DNA of 64,000 nucleotides from Candidatus Eiseniibacteriota bacterium (GCA_963717505.1 OY970342.1:4032001-4096000), one strand, 5' to 3'; counted from the first letter of the stretch, positions 31,108 to 45,384 are shown. Notes: generated by a model from the letters alone, not told the origin. A program made the numbers and translations.

Positions 31108-32274
31108 TCACGCCGCGTCCCACGCGGCGCGCGCAGCTTCGATCGCGCCGGCGGCCCGATGCCCGTTCGCCGCCGCGCACTCTTCGAGCGCGGCGAGCAG
31201 GAGCAGGATGTCCGACAGGTCGTAGCCGCCCATGTGCCCAACACGGAAGATCTTTCCCTTCAGGTGGTCCTGACCCCCGGCGACCACCATGCCGTGCACT
31301 TCGCGCAAGCGCTTGACGTAGAACGAAGCGTCGCCACCGCCGGGCGGTATCAACGAGGTCACCGAGTTGGACGGGCTGCTCGAAAACGTGGAGAAGCCGA
31401 CCGCGCGCGCCCCGGCGCGGAGTGCCTCGCCCAAGCGGCGATGGCGGCGATGCACCTGGTCGAGCCCTTCCTCGCGGATCATGGTCAGCGCTTCCTCGAG
31501 CGCGAGGATCAGGCTCACCGCCGGCGTGTACGGCGACTCGCCGATCGGGGCGCTTTTGCGTGCCTTGCGCAGGTCGAAGTAGAAGCGCGGCAGTCCGCCT
31601 TCGATCGCCGAGGCCGCCCACGGCGCCAGACTCAGCGTGGCGATGCCGGGCGGCACCATCAGCCCCTTCTGCGAGCCGCACACGATCACGTCGACGCCCC
31701 ATTCGTCCTGCGGCAGCGGGTGAACCCCCAGGCTGGTGATTGCGTCGAGCACCAGACGCTTGCCGCGGGCGCGCGTGATCTTGGCGAACGCTTGCACGTC
31801 GTGGATCGCGCCGGTCGAGGTCTCGCTGTGGGTCGCGAACACGGTGGTGATGTCGGGGTCACGCTCGAGTGCCCGCTCGATCAGCCCGGGGTCGACCGCG
31901 TTTCCCCATTCGACGTCGACCGTGTCGTACGGCACGCCGTAGGCCTTGAGGATCGAAGCCCACCGTTCGCCGAACTTGCCGCCGATCACCGCCAGGGCCC
32001 GCTGCCCGGGCGCCATCAGGTTGGTGACCGCGGCCTCCATGGCACCGGTGCCCGATGCGGCGAGCAGGAACACTTCGCCTTGCGTGCGGTGCAGCTCGCG
32101 CAGGGCGTCGGTCACGCGCTTGAAGGTCGCGCGGAAGACGTCGGTGCGATGATGTGGCGGCACCTGCGACAGAGCGCTCAGGATGCGGACCGGGATCTCC
32201 ACCGGTCCCGGCGTGAACAACCGCGTCCGGGTGAACGTGCGCGTCGCGGGCGTGGCGGGAGTGGTCACGGTCAT
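31108..32274 (-). CDS. Class V PLP aminotransferase (alanine-glyoxylate/serine-pyruvate family)
   Basis: LFTPGP; SGTGAMEAA; GKFGERW; HSETSTG; DAITSLG; GSQKGLMVPPG; GGQDHLKGKIFRVGHMG. Confidence 0.92.
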   Translation of the reverse strand: MTVTTPATPATRTFTRTRLFTPGPVEIPVRILSALSQVPPHHRTDVFRATFKRVTDALRELHRTQGEVFLLAASGTGAMEAAVTNLMAPGQRALAVIGGKFGERWASILKAYGVPYDTVDVEWGNAVDPGLIERALERDPDITTVFATHSETSTGAIHDVQAFAKITRARGKRLVLDAITSLGVHPLPQDEWGVDVIVCGSQKGLMVPPGIATLSLAPWAASAIEGGLPRFYFDLRKARKSAPIGESPYTPAVSLILALEEALTMIREEGLDQVHRRHRRLGEALRAGARAVGFSTFSSSPSNSVTSLIPPGGGDASFYVKRLREVHGMVVAGGQDHLKGKIFRVGHMGGYDLSDILLLLAALEECAAANGHRAAGAIEAARAAWDAA

Positions 32275-32515
32275 GGGGCAGCGGCTCCGTTCGATGGGGT
32301 CAGCGTGCCGGAACCGGGTCATCATGCCCGCGGCGCGCCGCGCGTTCAACCGGAAGGCCGCCACCGGCAAGAGAGGGCGGTCCTCGCCGGACCGTGCGGA
32401 GACGCGCGCAGCCAGGGATGGCGGAGCGCGTCGAGCACAGAGCGAGGCGGAGCAGGATGGCGGAGCCGAGCGTGTCCGAGCGAGGACCGCCATCCTTGCC
32501 GGTGGCGAGGCCGAA

Positions 32516-35023
<2,508 letters not shown>

Positions 35024-35087
35024 GATCGAATACCTCCAGGTGCCTCGATGTGCGAAGGGCGGCCGCTGCGCGGCCGCCCCCGCTCGC

Positions 35088-36347
<1,260 letters not shown>

Positions 36348-36366
36348 GACGTCCTTCGGCCGGCCC

Positions 36367-36951
36367 TTACTTCCGTTTGTCGAGAATCTCGTCGATGAGA
36401 CCGTACGCCTTGGCTTCTTCGCTGGACATGAAATTGTTGCGATCGGTGTCGCGGACGATGGTTTCGATCGACTGGCCACAGTGACGGGCCAGGATGCCGT
36501 TCAGCTGGTCCTTCATCTTGAGCATCTCTTTGGTGTAGATCTCGATGTCGGTCGCCTGACCCTGGGTGCCGCCCCACGGCTGATGAATCATGATCCGCGA
36601 GTTGGGCAGCGCCGAGCGCTTGCCTTTGGCCCCGCCCGCGAGCAGCACGGCGCCCATGCTGGCCGCCTGGCCCATGCACAGCGTCGCGACGTTCGGCTTC
36701 ACGAACTGCATGGTATCGTAGATCGCAAGTCCGGCGGTGACACTGCCCCCCGGGCTGTGGATGTACAGGTTGATGTCGCGATCGGGATCCTCGCCCTCGA
36801 GGAAGATCATCTGGGCGATCGCCAGATTCGCGATCTGGTCGTCGATCGGTGTCCCGATGAAGATGATGCGGTCCTTGAGCAGGCGCGAATAGATGTCGTA
36901 CGCGCGCTCGCCCCGCCCGGTCTGCTCGACGACGATGGGAACCAGACCCAT
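36367..36951 (-). CDS. clpP: Clp protease proteolytic subunit
   Basis: [18 protein letters not shown]; SPGGSV; GQAASMG; MIHQP; DTDRNNFMS. Confidence 0.98.
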   Translation of the reverse strand: MGLVPIVVEQTGRGERAYDIYSRLLKDRIIFIGTPIDDQIANLAIAQMIFLEGEDPDRDINLYIHSPGGSVTAGLAIYDTMQFVKPNVATLCMGQAASMGAVLLAGGAKGKRSALPNSRIMIHQPWGGTQGQATDIEIYTKEMLKMKDQLNGILARHCGQSIETIVRDTDRNNFMSSEEAKAYGLIDEILDKRK

Positions 36952-36973
36952 ATCCCGCATTCCTCCCTGAGGT

Positions 36974-38272
36974 TCAGCGACCTGCCGGTACTACGATCGG
37001 ACTCGCTCCGACGGCGTCTTCCTGAATCTCGGCGGCGTTGACCAGCCACTCGAGCGCCTTGCGCTCGCGCAGCGAATCCTGCAGCAGCTCCCGCCGCTCC
37101 GGCGTCTGATAATACGCGCGGACCCGCGCCGCACGGCGCGGATCCGACTGCACCATCCGTTGAATCTCGGCCGCGACCTCGTCCTCGCTCACCTCGAGCC
37201 CCTCCTGACGAGCCACGGCGTCCAGCAACACGGACCGGCGCAGGGATCGCTCCACCCCGGGACGATACCGCGGTTCCAGCTCCTGGCGCAGCGTCTCGGG
37301 CACCTCGCCCTCGCCCGCCGCCTCGGCGATCACCCGCTCGAGGGTCGAATCGACCCATCGCGACGGGAGATCGAACGAATGGCGCCGGACCAGCTCGGCG
37401 GCCAGAGCGTCCTCGACCTCGCGCTGCATTCGGACGCGCTCCTCGCCCTCGAGGTTCAAACGGATCCTGGACCGAAGCTCCTCGAGGGACCCTAGCTCGA
37501 ACACGTCCCGAGCCAGAGTATCGTCCATTTCTCGCAACTTCTTGTGCTGGATTCGCCGGATTTTCACGATATAGCGGACTTTCTTGCCCGAAAGGTCAGG
37601 AATCGCGTAGTCGGCGGGGTACTGTACCTCGAACGTCCGCTCCTGGCCCGCGACCGCTCCGAGCAGTCCGTTCTCGAGGTCCGGGAGCAAATCCGGAGCC
37701 CCCAGCTGGATTCGGCGGTTCTTGGCTCGGGACGACGGCAGGCGGCGGCCGTTGGCATCGAGGCGAGTCGAGTCGAGCAAGACCACGTCGCCGCGCTCGG
37801 CGGGGCGGTCCAGGTCGACGAAGACCGCGGACTGCTCGCGCAGATCCTCGAGCACGCGGTTCACCGCCGCCTCGTCCACCGGCTTCGCCGTGCGTTTGGC
37901 CGGCAGCCCGCGGTAGTTCTTGGCTTCGACCTCGGGCTTGACGTCGACCACGACTTCGAAGCGCAGCGGCTGGCCGGGGCCAAAACTCAGCTCTCGAACC
38001 AGCGGGGTGACGACCGGCGTCAGCCGCGCCTCCTCGATCGCCTCACGCGCGAGACGAGGAACGAACGTCTCCAGGAATTGCTGCTCGACGTGCTCGGCGA
38101 AGTGCTGGCGCACCATCTCGAGCGGCACACGGCCGCGCCGGAATCCCGGCAGGCTGGCCCGGTGCTGCACGTGGGTCGCGACTTCGTCGAGCCTGCGCTC
38201 GACTTCCTCGACCGGAAGTTCGAGATCGAGCGTGTGCTGCCAGGCCCCGGTCGCGCGGGACGAGACGTTCAT
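36974..38272 (-). CDS. tig: Trigger factor
   Basis: [10 protein letters not shown] ribosome-binding loop; FKBP-like middle domain; tRNA-Leu-tig-clpP-clpX-lon synteny. Confidence 0.93.
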   Translation of the reverse strand: MNVSSRATGAWQHTLDLELPVEEVERRLDEVATHVQHRASLPGFRRGRVPLEMVRQHFAEHVEQQFLETFVPRLAREAIEEARLTPVVTPLVRELSFGPGQPLRFEVVVDVKPEVEAKNYRGLPAKRTAKPVDEAAVNRVLEDLREQSAVFVDLDRPAERGDVVLLDSTRLDANGRRLPSSRAKNRRIQLGAPDLLPDLENGLLGAVAGQERTFEVQYPADYAIPDLSGKKVRYIVKIRRIQHKKLREMDDTLARDVFELGSLEELRSRIRLNLEGEERVRMQREVEDALAAELVRRHSFDLPSRWVDSTLERVIAEAAGEGEVPETLRQELEPRYRPGVERSLRRSVLLDAVARQEGLEVSEDEVAAEIQRMVQSDPRRAARVRAYYQTPERRELLQDSLRERKALEWLVNAAEIQEDAVGASPIVVPAGR

Positions 38273-38287
38273 GAAATCCCCTTCGTC

Positions 38288-38311
38288 AAAAAGGCCGGCG
38301 CGCTGCCGGCC
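38288..38311 (-). terminator. Terminator-like hairpin between tRNA-Leu and tig
   Basis: Minus strand GGCCGGC-AGCGC-GCCGGCC-TTTTT. Confidence 0.55.
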
Positions 38312-38333
38312 CGCATCGTTCGCGGTTCCGGTG

Positions 38334-38418
38334 TGGTGCGAGAGGGGGGATTTGAACCCCCACGAGTTTCCCCACTGGAACCTAAATCCAGCGCGTCTGC
38401 CAGTTCCGCCACTCTCGC
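38334..38418 (-). tRNA. tRNA-Leu (UAG)
   Basis: GCGAGAGTGGCGGAACTGGCAGACGCGCTGGATTTAGGTTCCAGTGGGGAAACTCGTGGGGGTTCAAATCCCCCCTCTCGCACCA: 85 nt, long variable arm. Confidence 0.97.
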
Positions 38419-38468
38419 ATCACGCGGCGAGCCCCGCAATCCGAACGGCGGCCTGCGGTTGCCGCAAC

Positions 38469-38474
38469 ATTATA
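38469..38474 (-). promoter_or_regulatory. -10 element upstream of tRNA-Leu
   Basis: Perfect TATAAT in a GC-rich context, about 50 nt upstream of the tRNA; no clear -35. Confidence 0.55.
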
Positions 38475-38538
38475 GCGCACCCGAGGCGCCACTCCCGACC
38501 CACCGCCGACGGCTGACGACTCTGCCAGCGGTGACTCT

Positions 38539-39702
38539 CTAGAAGTTCCCGACCACCGTGACCGCGAGCCGGTCCTCGTACGAAGTCGGGCTCGGGTCGC
38601 GCGAGATCGAACGGTGGAGCACGCCGATGTCGAGTTGTATCCCGCCCAGGAACCAACCGATGCCGAGACCCACCGAGCCTGCGTGATCCTCGGGCACGCC
38701 TTCCTCGGACTCGATTCCGAGACCGAGGCGCAGCGTCCAGGGATCGCGCACGTCGTGGAACTCGATCGCGAGCGCTCCCGAGGCCGCGGGCCCCGACTCG
38801 ACGCCGAATCCGCTCCACGCCGCGGCCGTTCGACCGCCGCCGCCGCCAACCACGCGCAGGGCCGACGTGGCCTGCCAACAGACCGAGACCCCACCTTCGA
38901 TCATCGACTCTCGTTCGCCGGAAATGACCGCCACGCTGTCGCCAGAAAGCAGATTGAAGCGCTGCTCGCCTTCGAGCGTCATCGCGGGAGTCCAACGTGC
39001 CTGAGCGCCCACCGAGAAGCCTCCGGCTTCGGGCATCTCGGCGCCCCAGCGCACGCCGGCCTGGAAGCCGATGCCATCGCCGGAAAAGTCCAGATGGCGA
39101 AATCCCATGTCGGGCGAACCCGAAGTCTCATCGACCTCGTACAGGTCGTCGCGATGCGTCCACTCGACGGCCGCACCCAGGCGCAGTGCACCGGAGCCGC
39201 CCGAGATTCCGGCGCCGCCCCGGACCTCGCGGGTCGTGCCGCTGCTGGCGATCACCGCCGGTTGCACCGGACCGCCGGGTTCCCCGCGTAGGAACGCATT
39301 CTCCTCGAGTCTCAGGACCGGCTGATGGAGGTAGACGACCAACATCGCGCCCCGGATCGGGAACGCGCCCCAACCACCACCCCAATCCAGGAAGAAGGAG
39401 GTCTCGTCAAACGTGCGCGCGTCGGTGCGCAGATCCTGTCGACTCACCCGGTAGAGCATCCCGGTGCCCTGAGCTCGGCCCTGCACCGGCAGCGCCGGAT
39501 TGTCGAACGGCTCGAGTCCGAGCCAGCGGTCGGCGAGCGCCAGGCCGGCGAGAGCTGCGGATCCGGGTGAGGCCATCGACCCCGGGAACGACCAGAGGCC
39601 TTGATCGAGGGGCGAGGGGGGTTGGGCCGCGCAGGGCAACGCGCCGGCAATCGACAACATCGCGGCCAGCGCCAGCGAGCGGCCGTTCGGGCGGAAATGC
39701 AT
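38539..39702 (-). CDS. Putative outer-membrane beta-barrel (FadL/PorV-like architecture)
   Basis: Signal peptide; N-terminal LGLEPFDNPAL plug-like motif; amphipathic strands; ends AVTVVGNF. Confidence 0.55.
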   Translation of the reverse strand: MHFRPNGRSLALAAMLSIAGALPCAAQPPSPLDQGLWSFPGSMASPGSAALAGLALADRWLGLEPFDNPALPVQGRAQGTGMLYRVSRQDLRTDARTFDETSFFLDWGGGWGAFPIRGAMLVVYLHQPVLRLEENAFLRGEPGGPVQPAVIASSGTTREVRGGAGISGGSGALRLGAAVEWTHRDDLYEVDETSGSPDMGFRHLDFSGDGIGFQAGVRWGAEMPEAGGFSVGAQARWTPAMTLEGEQRFNLLSGDSVAVISGERESMIEGGVSVCWQATSALRVVGGGGGRTAAAWSGFGVESGPAASGALAIEFHDVRDPWTLRLGLGIESEEGVPEDHAGSVGLGIGWFLGGIQLDIGVLHRSISRDPSPTSYEDRLAVTVVGNF

Positions 39703-39703
39703 G

Positions 39704-40921
39704 TCAGGCTCCGTACTTGTCCAATCGCCCGGCGTTGGCAAGCAATAGCGCCATCAGGTCACTGCTGGCAAGTGTCCCCAGGCTTCCGCTTCGACATGCT
39801 TTCTCGTGGAATTCGGGAGCGCCGTCGGCCCCGGCGTTGCGGGCGTGGATCAGGACCGGCACCGGATGCCACGAGTGGCCCTTGATTGCGACCGGCGTCG
39901 AGTGGTCGCCGGTCACGCACAGGACCTCGGGGCGCAGCTCCATCAGTTCCGGGAGCGCGCGGTCGACCGCTTCGATCGCCGCGACCTTGGCCTCGAAGTT
40001 CCCGTCTTCGCCCGCCATGTCGGTCGCCTTCATGTGGATGAAGAAGAAGTCGTGCGTGCTCCAGATCTGCATCGCCTGGGTGAACGCGGCCTCGGGCGGC
40101 TCGTCGACCGCGAACACGTCCATGCCGGCGAGCTGCGCCACGCCGCGATACATTGGATAGGCGGCGATCGCCGCGGCGCGCAGTCCAAAGCGCTCGGCGT
40201 AGGTGCGCAGCCGCGGCCGCGCGGAGAGTCCGCGCACCAGTGCGGCGTTGGCCGGCGTCTCGTCGGCCAGCACCTGCTTGGCGCGCGCGACGAAGGCGTT
40301 CACCAGTCGCGCGGTTTTCGCCGAACCCGGATCGCCGCTGCGCGGCGTCGAGGCGGGGATCGGGCGGCCTTCGTGGTGCGGATCGGCGTCGGTCACGTCA
40401 CCGGCGAGTCCCGGGCCGCGAAACACCGCGACGAACCGGTGCCCCTTCCCCGCCTGGAGCACGACCGTCGTGTCTTCGAAGCGCGCGGCGTCTTGCTTGA
40501 GTTTGTCGACCAGCCGCGCACACACCTCGCTCGCGATCCTTCCCGCGCGCCGATCGGTGACGATTCCCGCGCCATCGACGGTGCAGAAGTTGGCGCGTGC
40601 CGCGACGTCGCCCGGCTGAAGCTCCATTCCGGCACCGAGGGCTTCGAGCACCCCGCGTCCGACCTGGGTCGCGACTGGGTCGTAGCCGAACAACGCGAGA
40701 TGACCGGGACCACTGCCGGGCGTGATCCCCGGCGCCACCGGCGTCAGCCGGCCCATTGCCGAGTGCGGCGCCAGCGAATCCAGGTTCGGAGTGCTCGCCG
40801 CGGCCAGCGGCGTCGCCCCGTTGTGCCGCGGATGCGGCAGATCCCCGAGCCCGTCGAGGATCAGCATGACGATCCGGCTCTCGTTCTTGAGGACCAGTGA
40901 TTCGAAAGGATCGAGCGGCAT
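39704..40921 (-). CDS. apgM: 2,3-bisphosphoglycerate-independent phosphoglycerate mutase (archaeal type)
   Basis: LILDGLGD; TPNLD; TPGSGPGHLALFGYDP; GRGVLEALG; DRRAGR; HMKATDMAGEDG; TGDHSTP. Confidence 0.93.
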   Translation of the reverse strand: MPLDPFESLVLKNESRIVMLILDGLGDLPHPRHNGATPLAAASTPNLDSLAPHSAMGRLTPVAPGITPGSGPGHLALFGYDPVATQVGRGVLEALGAGMELQPGDVAARANFCTVDGAGIVTDRRAGRIASEVCARLVDKLKQDAARFEDTTVVLQAGKGHRFVAVFRGPGLAGDVTDADPHHEGRPIPASTPRSGDPGSAKTARLVNAFVARAKQVLADETPANAALVRGLSARPRLRTYAERFGLRAAAIAAYPMYRGVAQLAGMDVFAVDEPPEAAFTQAMQIWSTHDFFFIHMKATDMAGEDGNFEAKVAAIEAVDRALPELMELRPEVLCVTGDHSTPVAIKGHSWHPVPVLIHARNAGADGAPEFHEKACRSGSLGTLASSDLMALLLANAGRLDKYGA

Positions 40922-41082
40922 GTCGGCTCCGGGTGGCAAGCGGCCGGCGACAGTACGCGCCGGAGCCGCGAATCGCAACGCGGGCGTGACGCAGGGTGAA
41001 GGTTGGCCTATGCTGCCCGGCCGTCTTCCCGAGCACAGGCCGGCGCGCGCGCCGCCATCCCCATTACCGGAGGTTTCGCTTC

Positions 41083-41949
41083 ATGGCCATTCAGAAGGTC
41101 GGCGTCGTGGGTTGCGGACTGATGGGCGCGGGAATCGCCCAGGTCAGCGCACAAGCCGGATTCCCCACCGTGGTGCGCGAGGTGTCGAAGGACCTGCTCG
41201 ACAAAGGCATGGGTTCGATCATGAAGTTCCTGCAGGCCGGGGTCGAGCGCGGCAAGGTTGCGCCCTTCGAGCTGGACAAGGTGAAGCAAAACCTCAAAGG
41301 AACCACCGAGCTGAAGGACCTGGCCGGCTGCGACCTGGTGATCGAGGCGGTCACCGAGAATCTGGCGCTCAAGAAGGAGCTGTTCGGCGAGCTGGACAAA
41401 CTGTGCGGCCCGGACGCGATTTTTGCCAGCAATACGTCGAGTCTATCGGTCACGGAGATGAGCACGTTCGTCCAGCGCTCGGGGCGGATGATCGGACTGC
41501 ACTTCTTCAATCCGGTGCCGCTGATGAAGCTGGTCGAAGTCGTGCGCACCGTGCGCACCGCACCCGACGTGATTCCGGCCGCGAATGCGTGGTGCCTGGC
41601 GATCGGCAAGACCGCGGTCAACTGTGGCGACTCGACCGGGTTCGTGGTCAACCGCCTGCTGGTGCCTTATATGGTGGACGCAGTCCGCGTGTTCGAGCAG
41701 GGACTGGCGAGCCGCGACGACATCGACAACGCCATGAAGCTCGGCTGCGGCTATCCAATGGGACCGCTGTTCCTGACCGACTACGTCGGGCTCGACACCA
41801 CCGTGTACATCTGCGACATCATGTTCAACGAGTTCAAGGAGCCGCGCTTCGCCGCCCCACCGTTGCTCAAGCGCATGGTGCTCGCCGGGCTGCATGGACG
41901 GAAGACCGGCAAGGGCTTCTACGACTGGAGCACCAACCCGCCGTCGTGA
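41083..41949 (+). CDS. hbd: 3-hydroxybutyryl-CoA dehydrogenase
   Basis: GCGLMGAGIA; IEAVTE; ASNTSS; GLHFFNPVP; GFVVNR; GYPMGP; GRKTGKGFY. Confidence 0.93.
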   Translation: MAIQKVGVVGCGLMGAGIAQVSAQAGFPTVVREVSKDLLDKGMGSIMKFLQAGVERGKVAPFELDKVKQNLKGTTELKDLAGCDLVIEAVTENLALKKELFGELDKLCGPDAIFASNTSSLSVTEMSTFVQRSGRMIGLHFFNPVPLMKLVEVVRTVRTAPDVIPAANAWCLAIGKTAVNCGDSTGFVVNRLLVPYMVDAVRVFEQGLASRDDIDNAMKLGCGYPMGPLFLTDYVGLDTTVYICDIMFNEFKEPRFAAPPLLKRMVLAGLHGRKTGKGFYDWSTNPPS

Positions 41950-41962
41950 GGGCTCGCGTCAC

Positions 41963-42514
41963 TCACCACAGGTACGGCGGCTCGCTGCCCAGCATCCGCA
42001 GGTAGACGCCGAGCTGCGCGCGGTGGTGGATCTCGTGCTCGTGCACGCGATCGAGGATCCAGTGCACCGTGTATCGCCGTCCTTGTCTCGTCTGGGACAC
42101 GATTTCGCGCGCCAGCTCGGACTCCGGACGGTCGAGCCACGCCTGCGTGGGACGGTGCCACTCCTCGATCAGCGCGAGCAGGCTCGCGCGATCCGGCGCA
42201 TCCACGACGATCCGGAACCCCTGCGCCGGATCGTCGAGCGGCACGACCCACTCCTCATCCATGCCGCCGTCGATCTCGCAATGGACCCAGGCTCGCTCGG
42301 TTTCGGCGAGGTGGACGACCAGCTCGCGCACCGTCATCAGCTCCGGCCGCGGCTTGAAGTCCAGGTCCTTCTCGGGGACTGCCTCCACGAGTCGCACGAG
42401 CCCGGGGCGCACCTGAGTGTCCCACCAGGGGAAGTGCGCCCGGATCGTGCCGGCGTGCTCGGCGCCGGACCGCCGGCGTTCGACGAGCGGGTCGGGGGTC
42501 GTACTGCTGCTCAT
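41963..42514 (-). CDS. DinB/YfiT family protein
   Basis: LDFKP..ELMTVRELVVHL; HEHEIHHRAQLGVYLRMLG. Confidence 0.85.
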   Translation of the reverse strand: MSSSTTPDPLVERRRSGAEHAGTIRAHFPWWDTQVRPGLVRLVEAVPEKDLDFKPRPELMTVRELVVHLAETERAWVHCEIDGGMDEEWVVPLDDPAQGFRIVVDAPDRASLLALIEEWHRPTQAWLDRPESELAREIVSQTRQGRRYTVHWILDRVHEHEIHHRAQLGVYLRMLGSEPPYLW

Positions 42515-42563
42515 GACATCGAGCTCCTCGCCTCGCCGCCATGTCGATTGTCCACGAAGCCAC

Positions 42564-44609
42564 CTACCAGATTTGAACGTGCACCGAATCCGGGCGGTAC
42601 ATGCGGTCGCCGGGTTTCACGCCGAAAGCCTCGCAGAATTCGGTCAGGTTCGCGGCCGGACCGTTCACGCGCAGGAAGCTCGGAGCGTGGACGTCGGTCT
42701 TCACGCGAACCGCCAGCACCTCGGGACGCAGCTCGGTCATCCAGCCCAGCGACCAGCCGATGAAATAGCGCTGGGCCGGCGTGAACCCACCCATCGGCTG
42801 ACCGCTCCGGTATTGGTCGGTCTTGGTGAACGCATCCCAGCCGAGCTGCATCCCGCCCAGGTCCGCGATGTTCTCACCCTGGGTGGCCTCGCCGTTACAG
42901 TGCAGGCTGTCCACCACCACGTAGTCGTCGAACTGCGCCACGATCCGATCGGCGCGGCGGCGAAACTCCTTCTCGTCGGGCGGGGTCCACCAACTCTCGA
43001 GGTTACCCTTCTCGTCGAACTGCCGGCCCTCATCGTCGAAGCCGTGCGTGATCTCGTGTCCAATCGTGGTGCCGCCTGCGTACGAATAGACGATGGCGTC
43101 GTCCACCAGTGAATCGGCGATCCCAGGCAGGATGAAGATGGCGGCCGGCAAGACGATCTCGTTGTTCGACGGGTTGTAGTAGGCGTTGTAGGTCTGCGGC
43201 GTCATCTCCCATTCGGTGCGGTCCACCGGCTTGTACAGCTTGGCAATGTAGAAGTCGCTGAGCCAGGCGTTGCCGCGCATGCAATTCTCGAGAAACGAAT
43301 CGCGCTCGACGACGTAGGCCGAGTAATCGCGCCACTTGTCGGGGTAGCCCACCTTCTTCACCACCGACGACAGCTTGCCGAGTGCGCGCGCGCGCGTCTT
43401 CTCGCTCATCCACTCGAGGCGGCCGATCCGCTCGCGGAACGCGGCGAAGATCTCGTCGGTGAGCTTCTCGTAACGCTCCTTGGTGTGCGGCGTGAAATAC
43501 CTCGCAACGTAGAGCTGGCCGAGCGCATCCCCCAGGTAGTTCTCCTGGTGATCCAGCATCCGCTTCCAGCGCGGGCGCTGCTCGGGGGTGCCGTTGAGGA
43601 TGGTGCCGAAGAAATGGAAGTTTTCGGCCTCGAACCGACCTCCCGCCTGCTCGGCGAACGCATCGACCAGGCGCCAGCGCAGGTAGACCTGCCAGTCGTC
43701 GAGCGGCCGCGAACGCAGGGACTTCTCCACCTGGCGGAAGAACTCCGGCTGTCCGACCACGACGGTGTCGATGGTCTTGATACCACCGTCTTCGAACAAG
43801 GACCGCCAGCGGACCGAAGGTGCGAGACGCCCCAGATCATCCACCCGCATCAGGTTGTAGTTGGCCTGGGGGTCGCGCAGATCCTCGAGCTTCCGCGAGG
43901 CACGGGCCATCTCGGTCTCGAGCGCCATGATGGTCCCCGCGTGGGCACTGGCGGCGACCGAGTCGTCTCCCATCAGGACGAGCATCTTCGCCACGTGGAT
44001 GACGTACTCGCGGCGTAGCATCGCGGAGCGGGCGTCGGTGTCGAAGTAGTAGTCGCGGTTCGGCAGCCCGAGGCCGCCCTGGTACAGGTGCACCACGTAA
44101 CGGGCACTGTTCTTCTCATCCTGGGAGATGAAAGTGGCGCACATCGCGTCCACGCCGAGGTACTGGAGATGGCCGACCGCCGCCACCAGTCCCTCGAGGT
44201 CGCGGATCGCGTTGATCCTCGCGAATTCCTCGGCGAGCGGCGCGATGCCCTGCTGCTCGATCGTGGCGGTGTCCATCGCAGCGTGCCAGAAGGCGCCAAT
44301 CTTCTGGCGGTTGGTGCCGGCGGCCGCCTCCATGTCCCGCGCGGCGTCGTCACTGATCTCGACCAACCGGCGGTAGGTTTCCTCCTGCACCACCTTGGCG
44401 ACTCCCCACGAACGCTCACTAGGGGGAATCGGATGGTCCTTGAGCCACTTCCCCACGGAATAGCGGAAGAAGTCGTCCCGTGGTGAAACCGAGGGATCCA
44501 CGAACTGCGCGAGGTAGGTGTCGGCCGTGGCCAAACGCGACGACGTCCGCGGTTGGCACGCCAGTGCGGGCAGCGCGAGGACGAGCATGGCGGGCAGCAG
44601 GCGTTTCAT
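42564..44609 (-). CDS. M13 (neprilysin/PepO-type) metallopeptidase, probable lipoprotein
   Basis: ALAC lipobox-like; YNAYYNPSNN; GHEITHGFDD (HExxH); GENIAD; HAPSFLRVNG. Confidence 0.95.
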   Translation of the reverse strand: MKRLLPAMLVLALPALACQPRTSSRLATADTYLAQFVDPSVSPRDDFFRYSVGKWLKDHPIPPSERSWGVAKVVQEETYRRLVEISDDAARDMEAAAGTNRQKIGAFWHAAMDTATIEQQGIAPLAEEFARINAIRDLEGLVAAVGHLQYLGVDAMCATFISQDEKNSARYVVHLYQGGLGLPNRDYYFDTDARSAMLRREYVIHVAKMLVLMGDDSVAASAHAGTIMALETEMARASRKLEDLRDPQANYNLMRVDDLGRLAPSVRWRSLFEDGGIKTIDTVVVGQPEFFRQVEKSLRSRPLDDWQVYLRWRLVDAFAEQAGGRFEAENFHFFGTILNGTPEQRPRWKRMLDHQENYLGDALGQLYVARYFTPHTKERYEKLTDEIFAAFRERIGRLEWMSEKTRARALGKLSSVVKKVGYPDKWRDYSAYVVERDSFLENCMRGNAWLSDFYIAKLYKPVDRTEWEMTPQTYNAYYNPSNNEIVLPAAIFILPGIADSLVDDAIVYSYAGGTTIGHEITHGFDDEGRQFDEKGNLESWWTPPDEKEFRRRADRIVAQFDDYVVVDSLHCNGEATQGENIADLGGMQLGWDAFTKTDQYRSGQPMGGFTPAQRYFIGWSLGWMTELRPEVLAVRVKTDVHAPSFLRVNGPAANLTEFCEAFGVKPGDRMYRPDSVHVQIW

Positions 44610-44803
44610 GTCGGAAGGCTCCGGGTGGATGCGCGTCGGACCTGCCCGAGGAATGTAGCGGGCGGCGGCACTCTCGGCGCGATGACGCCGTCGGTCAAGC
44701 GTTCGCCCGCCAATTCGGCCGACAGCCGCCGAAGCGACGACCGGTGCGGCGCGGCCAACCCGGATGCCTTGCCGCGCTCGGGTCGTCTTCGTAGCCTACG
44801 TGA

Positions 44804-45384
44804 ATGGGCCTGACGCTGCGCACGATGTCCGAGGTGGGCTTGGACCTCGCCGCTGCCACACTCGACCGCGGGTTCTCGGACTACGTCGTCAAGGTCCCGT
44901 TCACCAGCGCGCTGCTGCTGCAGATGATCCGGCAGGACAGCGTGGACCCCGCGCTGAGCGCGGTGGTGATGGACGGAGAGGCACCCCTCGGCGCGGGGCT
45001 GGTCGCGCGCCGGGGCTGGACGTTGCGTCTAGCCGCCATGTCGATCGTCCCCGAGGCGCGGCGCCACGGCGCCGGGGCGTTTCTCGTGCGCGAGCTGCTC
45101 GCGGCGTCCGTCGCGCGCGGGGAACGCGCGATGGTGCTGGAAGTCATCGAGTCCAACGAACCCGCGCGATCGTGATCCGCACGGTGGTCACGCTGCCCGA
45201 GGCGCGGGGCCGCGGTCGCGCGCGCGAGCTGATCGAGGCGCTGGCCCGCGCGTTTCCCGATCGACCGCTCACGGTGTCGCCGATCTGCCCCGAGCCGTTC
45301 GCACCGCTGTTCGAGGGCGCGGGTTTCGCGCGCACGCCGCTCAGTCAGCTCATGATGCGCGTAGGCCTTCCTCACCAGCGATGA
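44804..45384 (+). pseudogene. Split or internally deleted tandem GNAT acetyltransferase (44804-45175 and 45172-45384)
   Basis: Two motif-A copies (IVPEARRHGAG; TLPEARGRGRA) in different frames. The first domain stops right after LEVIESNEPA. Confidence 0.6.
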
